A stretch of 32,000 nt of DNA, taken from assembly GCA_963704755.1 (NCBI GenBank), contig OY969938.1, positions 3,840,001 through 3,872,000 on the forward strand, given 5' to 3'. A program made the position numbers and the translations under genes. This DNA is from an uncultured Chloroflexia bacterium (lineage in GTDB: Bacteria > Chloroflexota > Anaerolineae > Anaerolineales > Anaerolineaceae). Shown in pieces: positions 17,604-24,647 of the stretch; position 1 is the stretch's first letter; each line of letters begins with the position of its first letter. The notes below the pieces were generated by a model, which ran no database searches, was not told the origin of the DNA, and worked only from the letters and a program-made list of their open reading frames with translations.

Positions 17604-18203
17604 ATGAGCCCGCTGATAAATCCCGACGTTGCATACCTCACTCTGGTGTTGGGTGTCGTGCTGGCCGTGCTGGCGTCGTTTACACCAGGGACCGGCCTGT
17701 TGGAGGTTGGCGCTTTTTTTGCGCTCATCCTGGCAGGGATCGCCGCTTCACAGCTTCAGACCAATATCTGGGCGATATTTCTCCTGGTTTTGGGGGTAGC
17801 TCCGTTCATCATCGCGCTGCGCCGGTGGAAGAACTGGATTTTTCTGGCGTTGGCGATCCTGGTGATCCTGGTCGGATCGATATTTATGTTCAGCAACCCG
17901 GATGGCTCGCCGGCAGTTAATTTTTGGCTGGCGGGAATTACCTCTTTGATGATCACACCGGGGCTGTGGTTTATCGGTCGCAAGACAGTGGATGCCCTCG
18001 GCCAGAAAAAGTTTATCGACCTGGCCAAACTGATTGGGGCGGTGGGTGAGACGAAGACGGCGGTATTCAAAGAGGGTACCGTTTATGTGGGCGGCGAAGA
18101 TTGGACAGCCTGGAGCAAGACGGAGATCCCGGCAGGCCAACGGGTTCAGGTGATTCGCCGGCAGGGATTGGTTCTGGAGGTCGAACCGGTTCAGGAAGCC
18201 TGA
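17604..18203 (+). CDS. NfeD-family membrane protein
   Basis: 199 aa. It has several N-terminal TM helices and a C-terminal OB-like segment (GTVYVGGEDWTAWS...GQRVQVIRRQGLVLEVEP), and sits immediately upstream of an SPFH gene, the classic NfeD-stomatin pairing. Confidence 0.8.
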   Translation: MSPLINPDVAYLTLVLGVVLAVLASFTPGTGLLEVGAFFALILAGIAASQLQTNIWAIFLLVLGVAPFIIALRRWKNWIFLALAILVILVGSIFMFSNPDGSPAVNFWLAGITSLMITPGLWFIGRKTVDALGQKKFIDLAKLIGAVGETKTAVFKEGTVYVGGEDWTAWSKTEIPAGQRVQVIRRQGLVLEVEPVQEA

Positions 18204-18258
18204 TTAATTGAGGATATTATCCTTGAGATAATGCCTTTTACATTCCACGGAGGTAAAA

Positions 18259-19167
18259 ATGAATTCGACAATTCTGTGCCTGGTTGGTGTTGTGGTACTT
18301 TTGGGTATTGTTTTTGTGGTTTCGGCCATCAAAATCGTCCCGGAGTACCAGCGCCTGGTGGTCTTTCGCCTGGGACGTTGTATTGGCGATCGCGGCCCCG
18401 GGTTGGTCCTGCTGATCCCGTTTGTCGATCGGGGTGTTCGGGTTGACCTGCGCGAGCAGGTCCGTGAGATTCCTGCCCAAACTTCGATCACCTCGGATAA
18501 TGCGCCGATCTCCATTGATTTCTTGTGGTACTACAAGGTCTTCGACCCTGTACAGAGCGTACTGCAGGTAGGTAATTTCGAGCTGGCCGCCCAGGGTATT
18601 GCTACCACGACGCTGCGGTCGGTCATTGGCGGTATTATGTTGGATGGTGTCCTTTCGGAACGCGAAAAGATCAACCAGGCACTGCGCAGCCGTTTGGACG
18701 AGGTCACCGAACGCTGGGGTGTCAAAGTGACCAACGTCGAAATCCGCGAGATCATTCCTCCGCGTGAGGTTCAGGAATCGATGAACCGCCAGTTGGCTGC
18801 CGAACGGACCCGCCGGGCTGTGGTGACCGAATCAACCGGTACCCGCGAGGCCGCCATCAACGTGGCCGATGGTGACCGGCAGTCCGCCATCCTGAAGGCC
18901 GAGGGGCAGAAGCAATCCGCCATTCTGGTCGCCCAGGGCGAGCGCGAAGCCCAGATCCAACGAGCCGAAGGTTTTGCCCTGGCTTTGGACAAAATCTTCG
19001 CGGTGGCCAACACCATCGATCCCAAGACCATGACTCTGCAATACTTCGATACATTGAAGACGATGGCCCAGGGCAGCTCTACCAAGTACATCTTCCCGCT
19101 GGAATTCACCAGCCTTTTGCAGGATTTTTCCAAAATGCGCGACGGGAAAGAAAAAGAAGACAAGTAA
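18259..19167 (+). CDS. SPFH/band-7 (stomatin-like) membrane protein
   Basis: 302 aa. It has an N-terminal TM helix, the IVPEYQRLVVFRLGR...GPGLVLLIPFVD block and a C-terminal coiled-coil-like region (ERTRRA...). GGAGG RBS upstream. Confidence 0.9.
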   Translation: MNSTILCLVGVVVLLGIVFVVSAIKIVPEYQRLVVFRLGRCIGDRGPGLVLLIPFVDRGVRVDLREQVREIPAQTSITSDNAPISIDFLWYYKVFDPVQSVLQVGNFELAAQGIATTTLRSVIGGIMLDGVLSEREKINQALRSRLDEVTERWGVKVTNVEIREIIPPREVQESMNRQLAAERTRRAVVTESTGTREAAINVADGDRQSAILKAEGQKQSAILVAQGEREAQIQRAEGFALALDKIFAVANTIDPKTMTLQYFDTLKTMAQGSSTKYIFPLEFTSLLQDFSKMRDGKEKEDK

Positions 19168-19186
19168 GTCCTTCTTTATAAAAAAT

Positions 19187-19220
19187 CCACCGTCACACCT
19201 GTAACCGGGTGTGACGGTGG
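19187..19220 (+). terminator. Intrinsic-terminator-like hairpin after the SPFH gene
   Basis: CCACCGTCACACC-tgtaaccg-GGTGTGACGGTGG lies 20 nt after the stop and is followed by TGTTGTATTT. Confidence 0.6.
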
Positions 19221-19265
19221 TGTTGTATTTCGCGGCAATGGTTATTTCTATTTTTCAGGAACGTC

Positions 19266-19757
19266 ATGGATCTTCAGGAACAACGAACGCTCAACTTTCA
19301 AGTCGAACAGGCTACCTGGCGTGACCTGATCAGCCTGCGCCGCCTGGAGAAAGAAAGTTTCGCGCTGGACGCCTGGCCATTGATCGACCTGCTGGCAGTT
19401 TTAATTATGCCGGGCCTGATCCACATCAAAGCGAGCGTAGATGATACCCTGATCGGGTTTATTGGGGGTGAGCGGCGCAGTGACAATGGTATTGGCTGGA
19501 TTGTTACCCTGGCTGTCAGTGGATCTTATCGCCGCCTGGGGGTGGCGCGGGCGCTGCTGCGGGCCTGCGAGCAGGAGTTGAACACCCGCCGGTTCAGGTT
19601 ATCGGTGCGCCGGTCGAACCTGGCCGCAATCCGGCTTTATCAAAGCGAAGATTACGTCCAGGTCGATACCTGGAAGGGTTATTATTCGGGGGGAGAAGAT
19701 GCCCTGGTCCTGGAGAAAATTGTTCTTAACCGGAATGGCGTTGGCCGGTGGGTGTAA
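19266..19757 (+). CDS. GNAT-family N-acetyltransferase, RimI-like
   Basis: 163 aa. The acetyl-CoA-binding-type block is IVTLAVSGSYRRLGVARALL, and the size and layout match ribosomal-protein-alanine acetyltransferases. Confidence 0.75.
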   Translation: MDLQEQRTLNFQVEQATWRDLISLRRLEKESFALDAWPLIDLLAVLIMPGLIHIKASVDDTLIGFIGGERRSDNGIGWIVTLAVSGSYRRLGVARALLRACEQELNTRRFRLSVRRSNLAAIRLYQSEDYVQVDTWKGYYSGGEDALVLEKIVLNRNGVGRWV

Positions 19758-19771
19758 GTAAAAAAAAAATC

Positions 19772-19883
19772 GTAACTGCTCAGCCCAGCGGGGATGAAAC
19801 CCGAATTTGATGTACGTGCGGGGGCTCCGCCCCCGCACGTACATCAAATTCGGGAACTTCTTAACAGAAGCCTGAGCAGTTAC
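19772..19883. repeat. Nested inverted-repeat element: a 12-bp outer inverted repeat enclosing a perfect 26-bp hairpin (probable terminator of the GNAT gene)
   Basis: The outer repeat is GTAACTGCTCAG (19772-19783) with CTGAGCAGTTAC (19872-19883), flanked by A-runs. The inner hairpin is CCCGAATTTGATGTACGTGCGGGGGC-tcc-GCCCCCGCACGTACATCAAATTCGGG (19800-19854). Confidence 0.8.
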
Positions 19884-19933
19884 AAAAAATCTGTAGAGTT
19901 TATGAGTGTTTCTTAAAAAATTTGCATAATTCG

Positions 19934-19962
19934 TTGACTTTCCGAAACAGGTAGGCTATTAT
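19934..19962 (+). promoter_or_regulatory. Sigma-70-type promoter (TTGACT, 17-nt spacer, TATTAT)
   Basis: The -35 TTGACT is at 19934-19939 and the -10 TATTAT at 19957-19962, with an exact 17-nt spacer. It lies about 130 nt upstream of the SWIM ORF. Confidence 0.6.
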
Positions 19963-20034
19963 AAAGTGAAAGGAATAAAAGGCTATACCGGGATGAATGG
20001 ATTTGTTGAACATACGATCATTGTTGCAGTCTAG

Positions 20035-20061
20035 AGGCACGCGTAATCACGCGTGCCTTTT
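20035..20061 (+). terminator. Intrinsic terminator/attenuator within the leader of the SWIM gene
   Basis: AGGCACGCGT-aatc-ACGCGTGCCT is followed by TTTCGTCTATT. It sits between the 19934 promoter and the ATG at 20094. Confidence 0.55.
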
Positions 20062-20093
20062 CGTCTATTAAAACCTTGAAAGGAGATTGAGTC

Positions 20094-20336
20094 ATGGACT
20101 ATGGGATGATCGGTAAGCGAGATAAAGCTAAACGGTACGCGTTAGAACGTGAGCGGTTCCATTTCCATTCTTTTACAGTTACGATGGATGGCGAGAACAA
20201 TTCTCACCAGGTGAGTTACGATCAAGGGAAGTGGCAATGCGATTGCGATTTTTTCCATACGCGCGGGGTGTGCAGCCACACCATGGCTCTTGAAATCCTC
20301 TTGGAAAACATGCTTACCGAGCCAGTCAATTCTTAA
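20094..20336 (+). CDS. Small SWIM zinc-finger protein (80 aa)
   Basis: CDCDFFHTRGVCSH fits the CxCxnCxH SWIM signature. There is an AAAGGAGA RBS 7-8 nt upstream and a strong terminator downstream. Confidence 0.75.
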   Translation: MDYGMIGKRDKAKRYALERERFHFHSFTVTMDGENNSHQVSYDQGKWQCDCDFFHTRGVCSHTMALEILLENMLTEPVNS

Positions 20337-20356
20337 CCTGAAGAACAATCCGTTTC

Positions 20357-20386
20357 AAACCCGGCCTGTAAAGGCCGGGTTTTTTG
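20357..20386 (+). terminator. Rho-independent terminator
   Basis: AAACCCGGCCT-gtaa-AGGCCGGGTTT has a GNRA-type loop and runs into a T-tract. Confidence 0.85.
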
Positions 20387-20478
20387 TTATTTAACCAAAA
20401 CGAAAGATTTGATCACTCCAGGCTACAAGCGGGCTTGCGCCTGCGGGCGACCAGGGCCGCGGCAACAATATGGACGCA

Positions 20479-20487
20479 TGTTATAAT
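20479..20487 (+). promoter_or_regulatory. Candidate extended -10 promoter element TGTTATAAT
   Basis: A perfect TGnTATAAT lies about 235 nt upstream of the GT87-like start. The -35 is poor. Confidence 0.35.
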
Positions 20488-20720
20488 TTTTTGGCGCCAG
20501 TTCAAGCCAGGCACCTAATCCGGCCGGTTGACACCTGAACACACCCACGAAAGCCATCCAGGGGGTTCGAGGCGGCCCAAGACTGCCAGGGAAAAACCGG
20601 CACAAAAAAATATTGTGACTTCAGGCCTGTTCTAGAAGCCTGCGTATTTGCAATTCTTCACGATCAGTTTGAGCCACTACACTTATCTCTTGCCATAAAC
20701 CTGGTCGATACGGAGGTCAG

Positions 20721-21576
20721 ATGGGGGAGTATGATTTTGCGATTTTCCATTCGGCGGCCAAAGCTGTATTGGCCGGCCTGAGTCCATATTCCGTTTATGA
20801 TTTTAATGGCCCATATCCACTGGCCGTCCTGTTCATTCCCTTTAGTTTTTTGCCCCAACACCTGGCCTATGCCTTGTTTGTGGCTCTCAATGTAATTTTA
20901 GTACTGGTCTTATTTAAGAAAAAAAGCGCTCTGGCCTTTACTCTCGTTCCCCATCCTTTTCACGCTTTTCGTCGGCCAGATCGATTTGCTTTTGGCTTTA
21001 TTGGCCAGTCTCAACGTACCCTGGTTGCTGGGTTTATTGATTGTCAAGCCCCAGGTTGCTTTTATCGCTGCACCATTTTTAATCCGCACGTTGGACAAAA
21101 AAGGCTGGATCCAGGCCGCTGCCAGCGCCCTGGCCCTGGCCTTGATCAGCTTCATAATCCGGCCGGATTGGGTTCAATTGTGGCTTTCCGGTAAACCTAC
21201 GTTTGAGGCGTACTCGGTGCGCACCTCCAACCTTTTTTGGCTCGTCCCGGCCGGGTTCATGAATTTCAGAGTTATCCTCAACCTGGCGGTTGCCGGGGTG
21301 GTCTTCGTGGTATGCATTATTTTCGTGCGTTCCAGGAAGATTTCATGGCCGGTCCTGGCGTTAGTTCAGCCGCTCAGCAATATCTATTCGGTGGCGGTGC
21401 TGGCAGAATGGTTTGGCCCGCTGGAAGCCGTCGTGTCCTGGCTGCCGGTGTTAGTCACCGGCGGGGATATCCACCATGGCATGCCCATGTTCCTGGCCAG
21501 CCTGGTGGTCCTGGTGCGGCAGTTTTTGAAGCATGAGAAAGCGGAGCCACTGGGTGAAACTGCCCAGGCTACTTAG
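20721..21576 (+). pseudogene. GT87/DUF2029-like polytopic membrane glycosyltransferase interrupted by a frameshift at an A7 run
   Basis: The N-terminal piece (frame of 20721) is YDFAIFHSAAKAVLAGLSPYSVYDFNGPYPLAVLFIPFSFL. After the A7 run (20919-20925) that frame becomes non-membrane junk. The +1 frame, open from 20902, continues as KKALWPLLSFPILFTLFVGQIDLLLALLASL...KPQVAF and stays hydrophobic through to 21576. Confidence 0.65.
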
Positions 21577-21674
21577 CCAGCCAGGTTTACCCCTGGTTGG
21601 CGCTGGAAGCGCGAGAATCTGCCATGGCCTCGTAAGGGGGGTCTGGTTCATCCAAAATGACTTATTATTCTTGC

Positions 21675-21720
21675 TTTTGGCAAAACCGGGTTGTTCGCCC
21701 GGTCTTGCCAAAAATGTTTT
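21675..21720 (+). terminator. Terminator-like hairpin between the convergent GT87-like and DUF5679-like genes
   Basis: TTTTGGCAAAACCGGG-ttgttcg-CCCGGTCTTGCCAAAA has one mismatch and is followed by ATGTTTTTG. Confidence 0.5.
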
Positions 21721-21765
21721 TGATGCTGTAGACGATTGGACGGCCTTAAGCCGTCAAATTCCCCA

Positions 21766-21930
21766 CTACTTGCCGCTGGCTTCCTTCTCGGAAAGGAAGC
21801 GGGTCACGGTTGTCTGGCAAACCGGGCAAGTCCCTTTGGCCATTTTCCGGCCGGATTTGGTCGTTTCGATGGTAGCGCCTTTGACCATTCTTTTGGTTCT
21901 GCATTTTACGCAATAGCCTTCGAAATCCAT
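21766..21930 (-). CDS. Small zinc-ribbon protein, DUF5679-like (54 aa)
   Basis: The ATG at 21930 is preceded by AAAAAGGAGATTCCA. MDFEGYCVKCRTKRMVKGATIETTKSGRKMAKGTCPVCQTTVTRF carries the two CxxC pairs. The ORF-track start at 21987 has no RBS. Confidence 0.65.
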   Translation of the reverse strand: MDFEGYCVKCRTKRMVKGATIETTKSGRKMAKGTCPVCQTTVTRFLSEKEASGK

Positions 21931-22053
21931 TGGAATCTCCTTTTTCTGCGTCCATTGATGCGTAATTCCTCGGGTATCTGCTTGCAAGAGCGGCGTTAAC
22001 CACCCTTGCCCTTATCTGGGTTACGCGCAAACCTGAGCAATTACTGAGCACCC

Positions 22054-22062
22054 ATTTTATCA
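22054..22062 (-). promoter_or_regulatory. Candidate extended -10 element TGATAAAAT upstream of the DUF5679-like gene
   Basis: The reverse complement of ATTTTATCA is the same 11-mer, CATGATAAAAT, found upstream of metG. It lies about 120 nt upstream of the ATG at 21930. Confidence 0.4.
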
Positions 22063-22179
22063 TGGAAATCGCTTTTGGCCTCTTTGTGGGGGAATTGTAC
22101 GGTCAGCGCGTGCTAGAAAACACCGGATTTGAGGTTGTTTTGTTACTGCCTTATGCGGGAGCTGAATAGTAACGGTATT

Positions 22180-23445
22180 TTAATATTTGGCGACCATTTC
22201 CATTTTAATCCAGCCATTCAGGTCGATGCGGACGTGGGCAAATTCTTTGGCGGGGTGACTGGCAGGATTACGCAGATGCCAGGTCGTCTTTGGAAAGGTG
22301 AAAGCCGGTCGTGTGGCCGGGCGATGCGCCATTAATTCATGGTAGTAGCCTAGAACCTGGGGAGCGACCCGGCTCCAATCATATTGCGCCGCCGTTTCCG
22401 GCCCGCACGCGGACATTTCGTTTCGCATAGCCGAGTCAGTGAGGATAGTTGCGGCTGCATCGGCCAGGGCTTGCGGGTCGCCGGGGGGCACCAGTAAGCC
22501 TTCTCTGCCAGGATGCAGGACGCTCTGGTAGCCGGCGATTTGCGATGCGACGATGGGCAGGCCGGAGGCCATTGCTTCGAGTAAAACAATCCCGAAACTT
22601 TCGCCGCCCAAGGAAGGCGCGCAAAACAGGTTGGCGCTGCGATAATAGCGGGGCAGGTCTTCGTCGCTGACCCGACCGGCCAGGACGACGTCGTTTTCCA
22701 GGCCATGCGCCTGGATTTCTCCCTGCAGGCGAGTTTGCTCTTCCGACTGGATCGCGCCGACCACCACCAGCCTTGCTCCTGGAACGGCCTTTTTTATAGT
22801 CAGAAGGGCCCGCAGCAGCACCGGCAGACCCTTACGCGGCTCGGAGCGGCCGACGAATAGGATGGTCGGCCGGCCATCTTGCAGCCCATCGATCGGGCGG
22901 ATCCCGGCGCCGCTGAAGCGGGCAAAATCGATGCCATTAGGAATGACGCGGTAATTGCCAAAAAGAGGGCTGGCGTAGGCCGGTTCCAGGGATGGCGAAA
23001 CCAGGATCCGTCCGTGCAGCTTCTGGCCAATCAGCGCCCGGACGGGCTTCAAGGTATCGTTGACCCTTGGGTCTTCGATAAAAGCGTGGAAAGTGCCAAC
23101 ATTGAGCGCCTGCGAAGCGTCCAGCACGGCCCAGTTCAAGAGCGGCGTCGCCGGTTCATGGATATGAACCACATCGAATTGCTCCTTCTTGAGGATATCC
23201 CCTACCCGTTGAATTATTTCTGGCGATAATGCCAGCCTGGCCGTGGAGCCATTGAACGGCATGGGGACTACTTCGTGAGAAACGGGGATAAAGTTGGCCG
23301 GCAGCGTTTCACGGGGGGCGGACGATGCAGCGATGATACGGGTTTCGTGGCCCAATTCTCGAAACGCCTTGTCCAGGTGGCGGATATGTTCGGTTACGCC
23401 GCCGGGATAAGGAAAATCATAGGGACTGACGAGTGCGATTTTCAT
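22180..23445 (-). CDS. Glycosyltransferase family 4, PimA-like
   Basis: 421 aa. It has the MKIALVSPYDFPYPGGVTEHIRHL N-terminus and the GGESFGIVLLEAMASGLPIVAS donor-binding block, plus a roughly 45-aa C-terminal extension beyond the usual GT4 length. Confidence 0.85.
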   Translation of the reverse strand: MKIALVSPYDFPYPGGVTEHIRHLDKAFRELGHETRIIAASSAPRETLPANFIPVSHEVVPMPFNGSTARLALSPEIIQRVGDILKKEQFDVVHIHEPATPLLNWAVLDASQALNVGTFHAFIEDPRVNDTLKPVRALIGQKLHGRILVSPSLEPAYASPLFGNYRVIPNGIDFARFSGAGIRPIDGLQDGRPTILFVGRSEPRKGLPVLLRALLTIKKAVPGARLVVVGAIQSEEQTRLQGEIQAHGLENDVVLAGRVSDEDLPRYYRSANLFCAPSLGGESFGIVLLEAMASGLPIVASQIAGYQSVLHPGREGLLVPPGDPQALADAAATILTDSAMRNEMSACGPETAAQYDWSRVAPQVLGYYHELMAHRPATRPAFTFPKTTWHLRNPASHPAKEFAHVRIDLNGWIKMEMVAKY

Positions 23446-23709
23446 GGCCTGTTCCTTTCAGGGACTGCCCAAATTATTTTTGGGACGAGCCCAAATCGAC
23501 ATGTTTATTTATGGTTTTCAAAACCATAAGACTTTTTTGAAAAGCTCATTATTTCAATCTAGATGCCTGGATTTTAATGACCTAGCGGGTGAGCCGGCAT
23601 CACCAGCCTGGGGTGATTGGGTGGGTGAAAAAGGTTCCTGGATAAGGTAAAATGGAATATCGTTATCTAAAAAGTGTAAGATTGTGCTCTCTTCCAAAAA
23701 AACACCCAG

Positions 23710-24438
23710 ATGAAAGTATTCAAAAAGCTTACCGTCCTGGCCCTCCTGCTGGCGCTCTTGCTGCCGGCCTTTTCGGCCCAGGCCGATGGCGGCACAACGC
23801 TTTATCTGCCCCTGGTTGCGCAATACAAAGCTTCTCCCAACCCGGTCCACCAGGGCCAGGCGACTTATTACAATGCCACCGGCAGCGGCGCTTGCCTGTT
23901 CGACGCATCGCCGGATGATTTGATGGTGGCCGCTTTGAACGCACCGGATTACGATAACGCCGCCTGGTGCGGGGCTTATGTGCACGTCAATGGCCCAACC
24001 GGAGAGGTGACCGTTCGTATTGTCGATTTATGCCCGGAATGCAAATCCGGTGACCTGGATTTGAGCAAAGAGGCCTTTGCCCAGATCGCGAATTTGTCTG
24101 CCGGGCGGGTCTCGATTAGCTGGCAGGTAGTCAGCCCGGCGTTGAGCGGCCCAATCGAATATCATTTCAAGGATGGCAGCAACCAGTGGTGGACGGCCGT
24201 GCAGATCCGCAACCATCGCAACCCGATCACCAAATTTGAATATTTCACCGGTGGAAGTTGGGTCGAGGTTCCCCGCACATCGTACAACTATTTCGTGCAG
24301 ACCAATCCGGGCATGGGGGTGGGACCCTATCGTTTCCGCGTCACCGACCTGTATGGCGTCGTGCTCGAGGATAGTGACATTCCCCTGACGGTCGATGGCA
24401 CAGTCGCAGGAAGCGCCCAATTCCCTGCCGGCCCTTAG
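23710..24438 (+). CDS. Secreted bacterial expansin (EXLX1/YoaJ-like; DPBB domain D1 plus CBM63-like D2)
   Basis: The signal peptide is MKVFKKLTVLALLLALLLPAFSAQA. D1 reads GQATYYNATGSGACLFD...CGAYVHVNGPTGEVTVRIVDLCPECKSGDLDLSKEAFAQIA...ISWQVV. D2 has SNQWWTAVQIRNH and YNYF aromatics. The layout parallels Bacillus subtilis EXLX1. Confidence 0.85.
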   Translation: MKVFKKLTVLALLLALLLPAFSAQADGGTTLYLPLVAQYKASPNPVHQGQATYYNATGSGACLFDASPDDLMVAALNAPDYDNAAWCGAYVHVNGPTGEVTVRIVDLCPECKSGDLDLSKEAFAQIANLSAGRVSISWQVVSPALSGPIEYHFKDGSNQWWTAVQIRNHRNPITKFEYFTGGSWVEVPRTSYNYFVQTNPGMGVGPYRFRVTDLYGVVLEDSDIPLTVDGTVAGSAQFPAGP

Positions 24439-24521
24439 CGTCTGGGTCGATCGGGGGATTTGTCATCCACAGTTAATCCATGTGTGAGAAGATTGGCGGT
24501 GAACAAAACCTTTCCACTCGA

Positions 24522-24530
24522 TGTTATAAT
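24522..24530 (+). promoter_or_regulatory. Candidate extended -10 promoter element TGTTATAAT for the sulfotransferase gene
   Basis: A perfect TGnTATAAT lies about 118 nt upstream of the ATG at 24648. Confidence 0.4.
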
Positions 24531-24647
24531 AGCCCGGCTTACGTGTCAGTTTTTTCCCGAAAACGTTGGCCAAACACATCGCAACTGACCACCTCTTCGC
24601 TCTATTAAGGGGAGTAGTACTAAAGAATTTGGATTGAGATTTGGATA

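Noticed and set aside
16498-17634. ORFs of 124, 104, 81 and 72 aa in the metG-nfeD gap as protein-coding genes
   Set aside because: They have no Shine-Dalgarno sequences. They run through the palindromic repeats: for example, the 104-aa ORF translates the CGGTCTGGAGACCG motif as SGDRP, just as the 13.4-kb shadow ORF does. No family resemblance was seen. They are kept only as part of the non-coding-region finding.
20423-20605. 60-aa minus-strand ORF, and a tRNA-like GGTTCGAGG string near 20565
   Set aside because: The ORF is rich in Arg, Pro and Gly and has no RBS. The T-loop-like string has no matching T-stem, acceptor stem or anticodon arm.
21533-22063. ORFs of 127, 87 and 105 aa overlapping the DUF5679-like gene region
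   Set aside because: They lack an RBS and motifs. The 54-aa zinc-ribbon ORF, with a strong RBS, explains the coding signal here.
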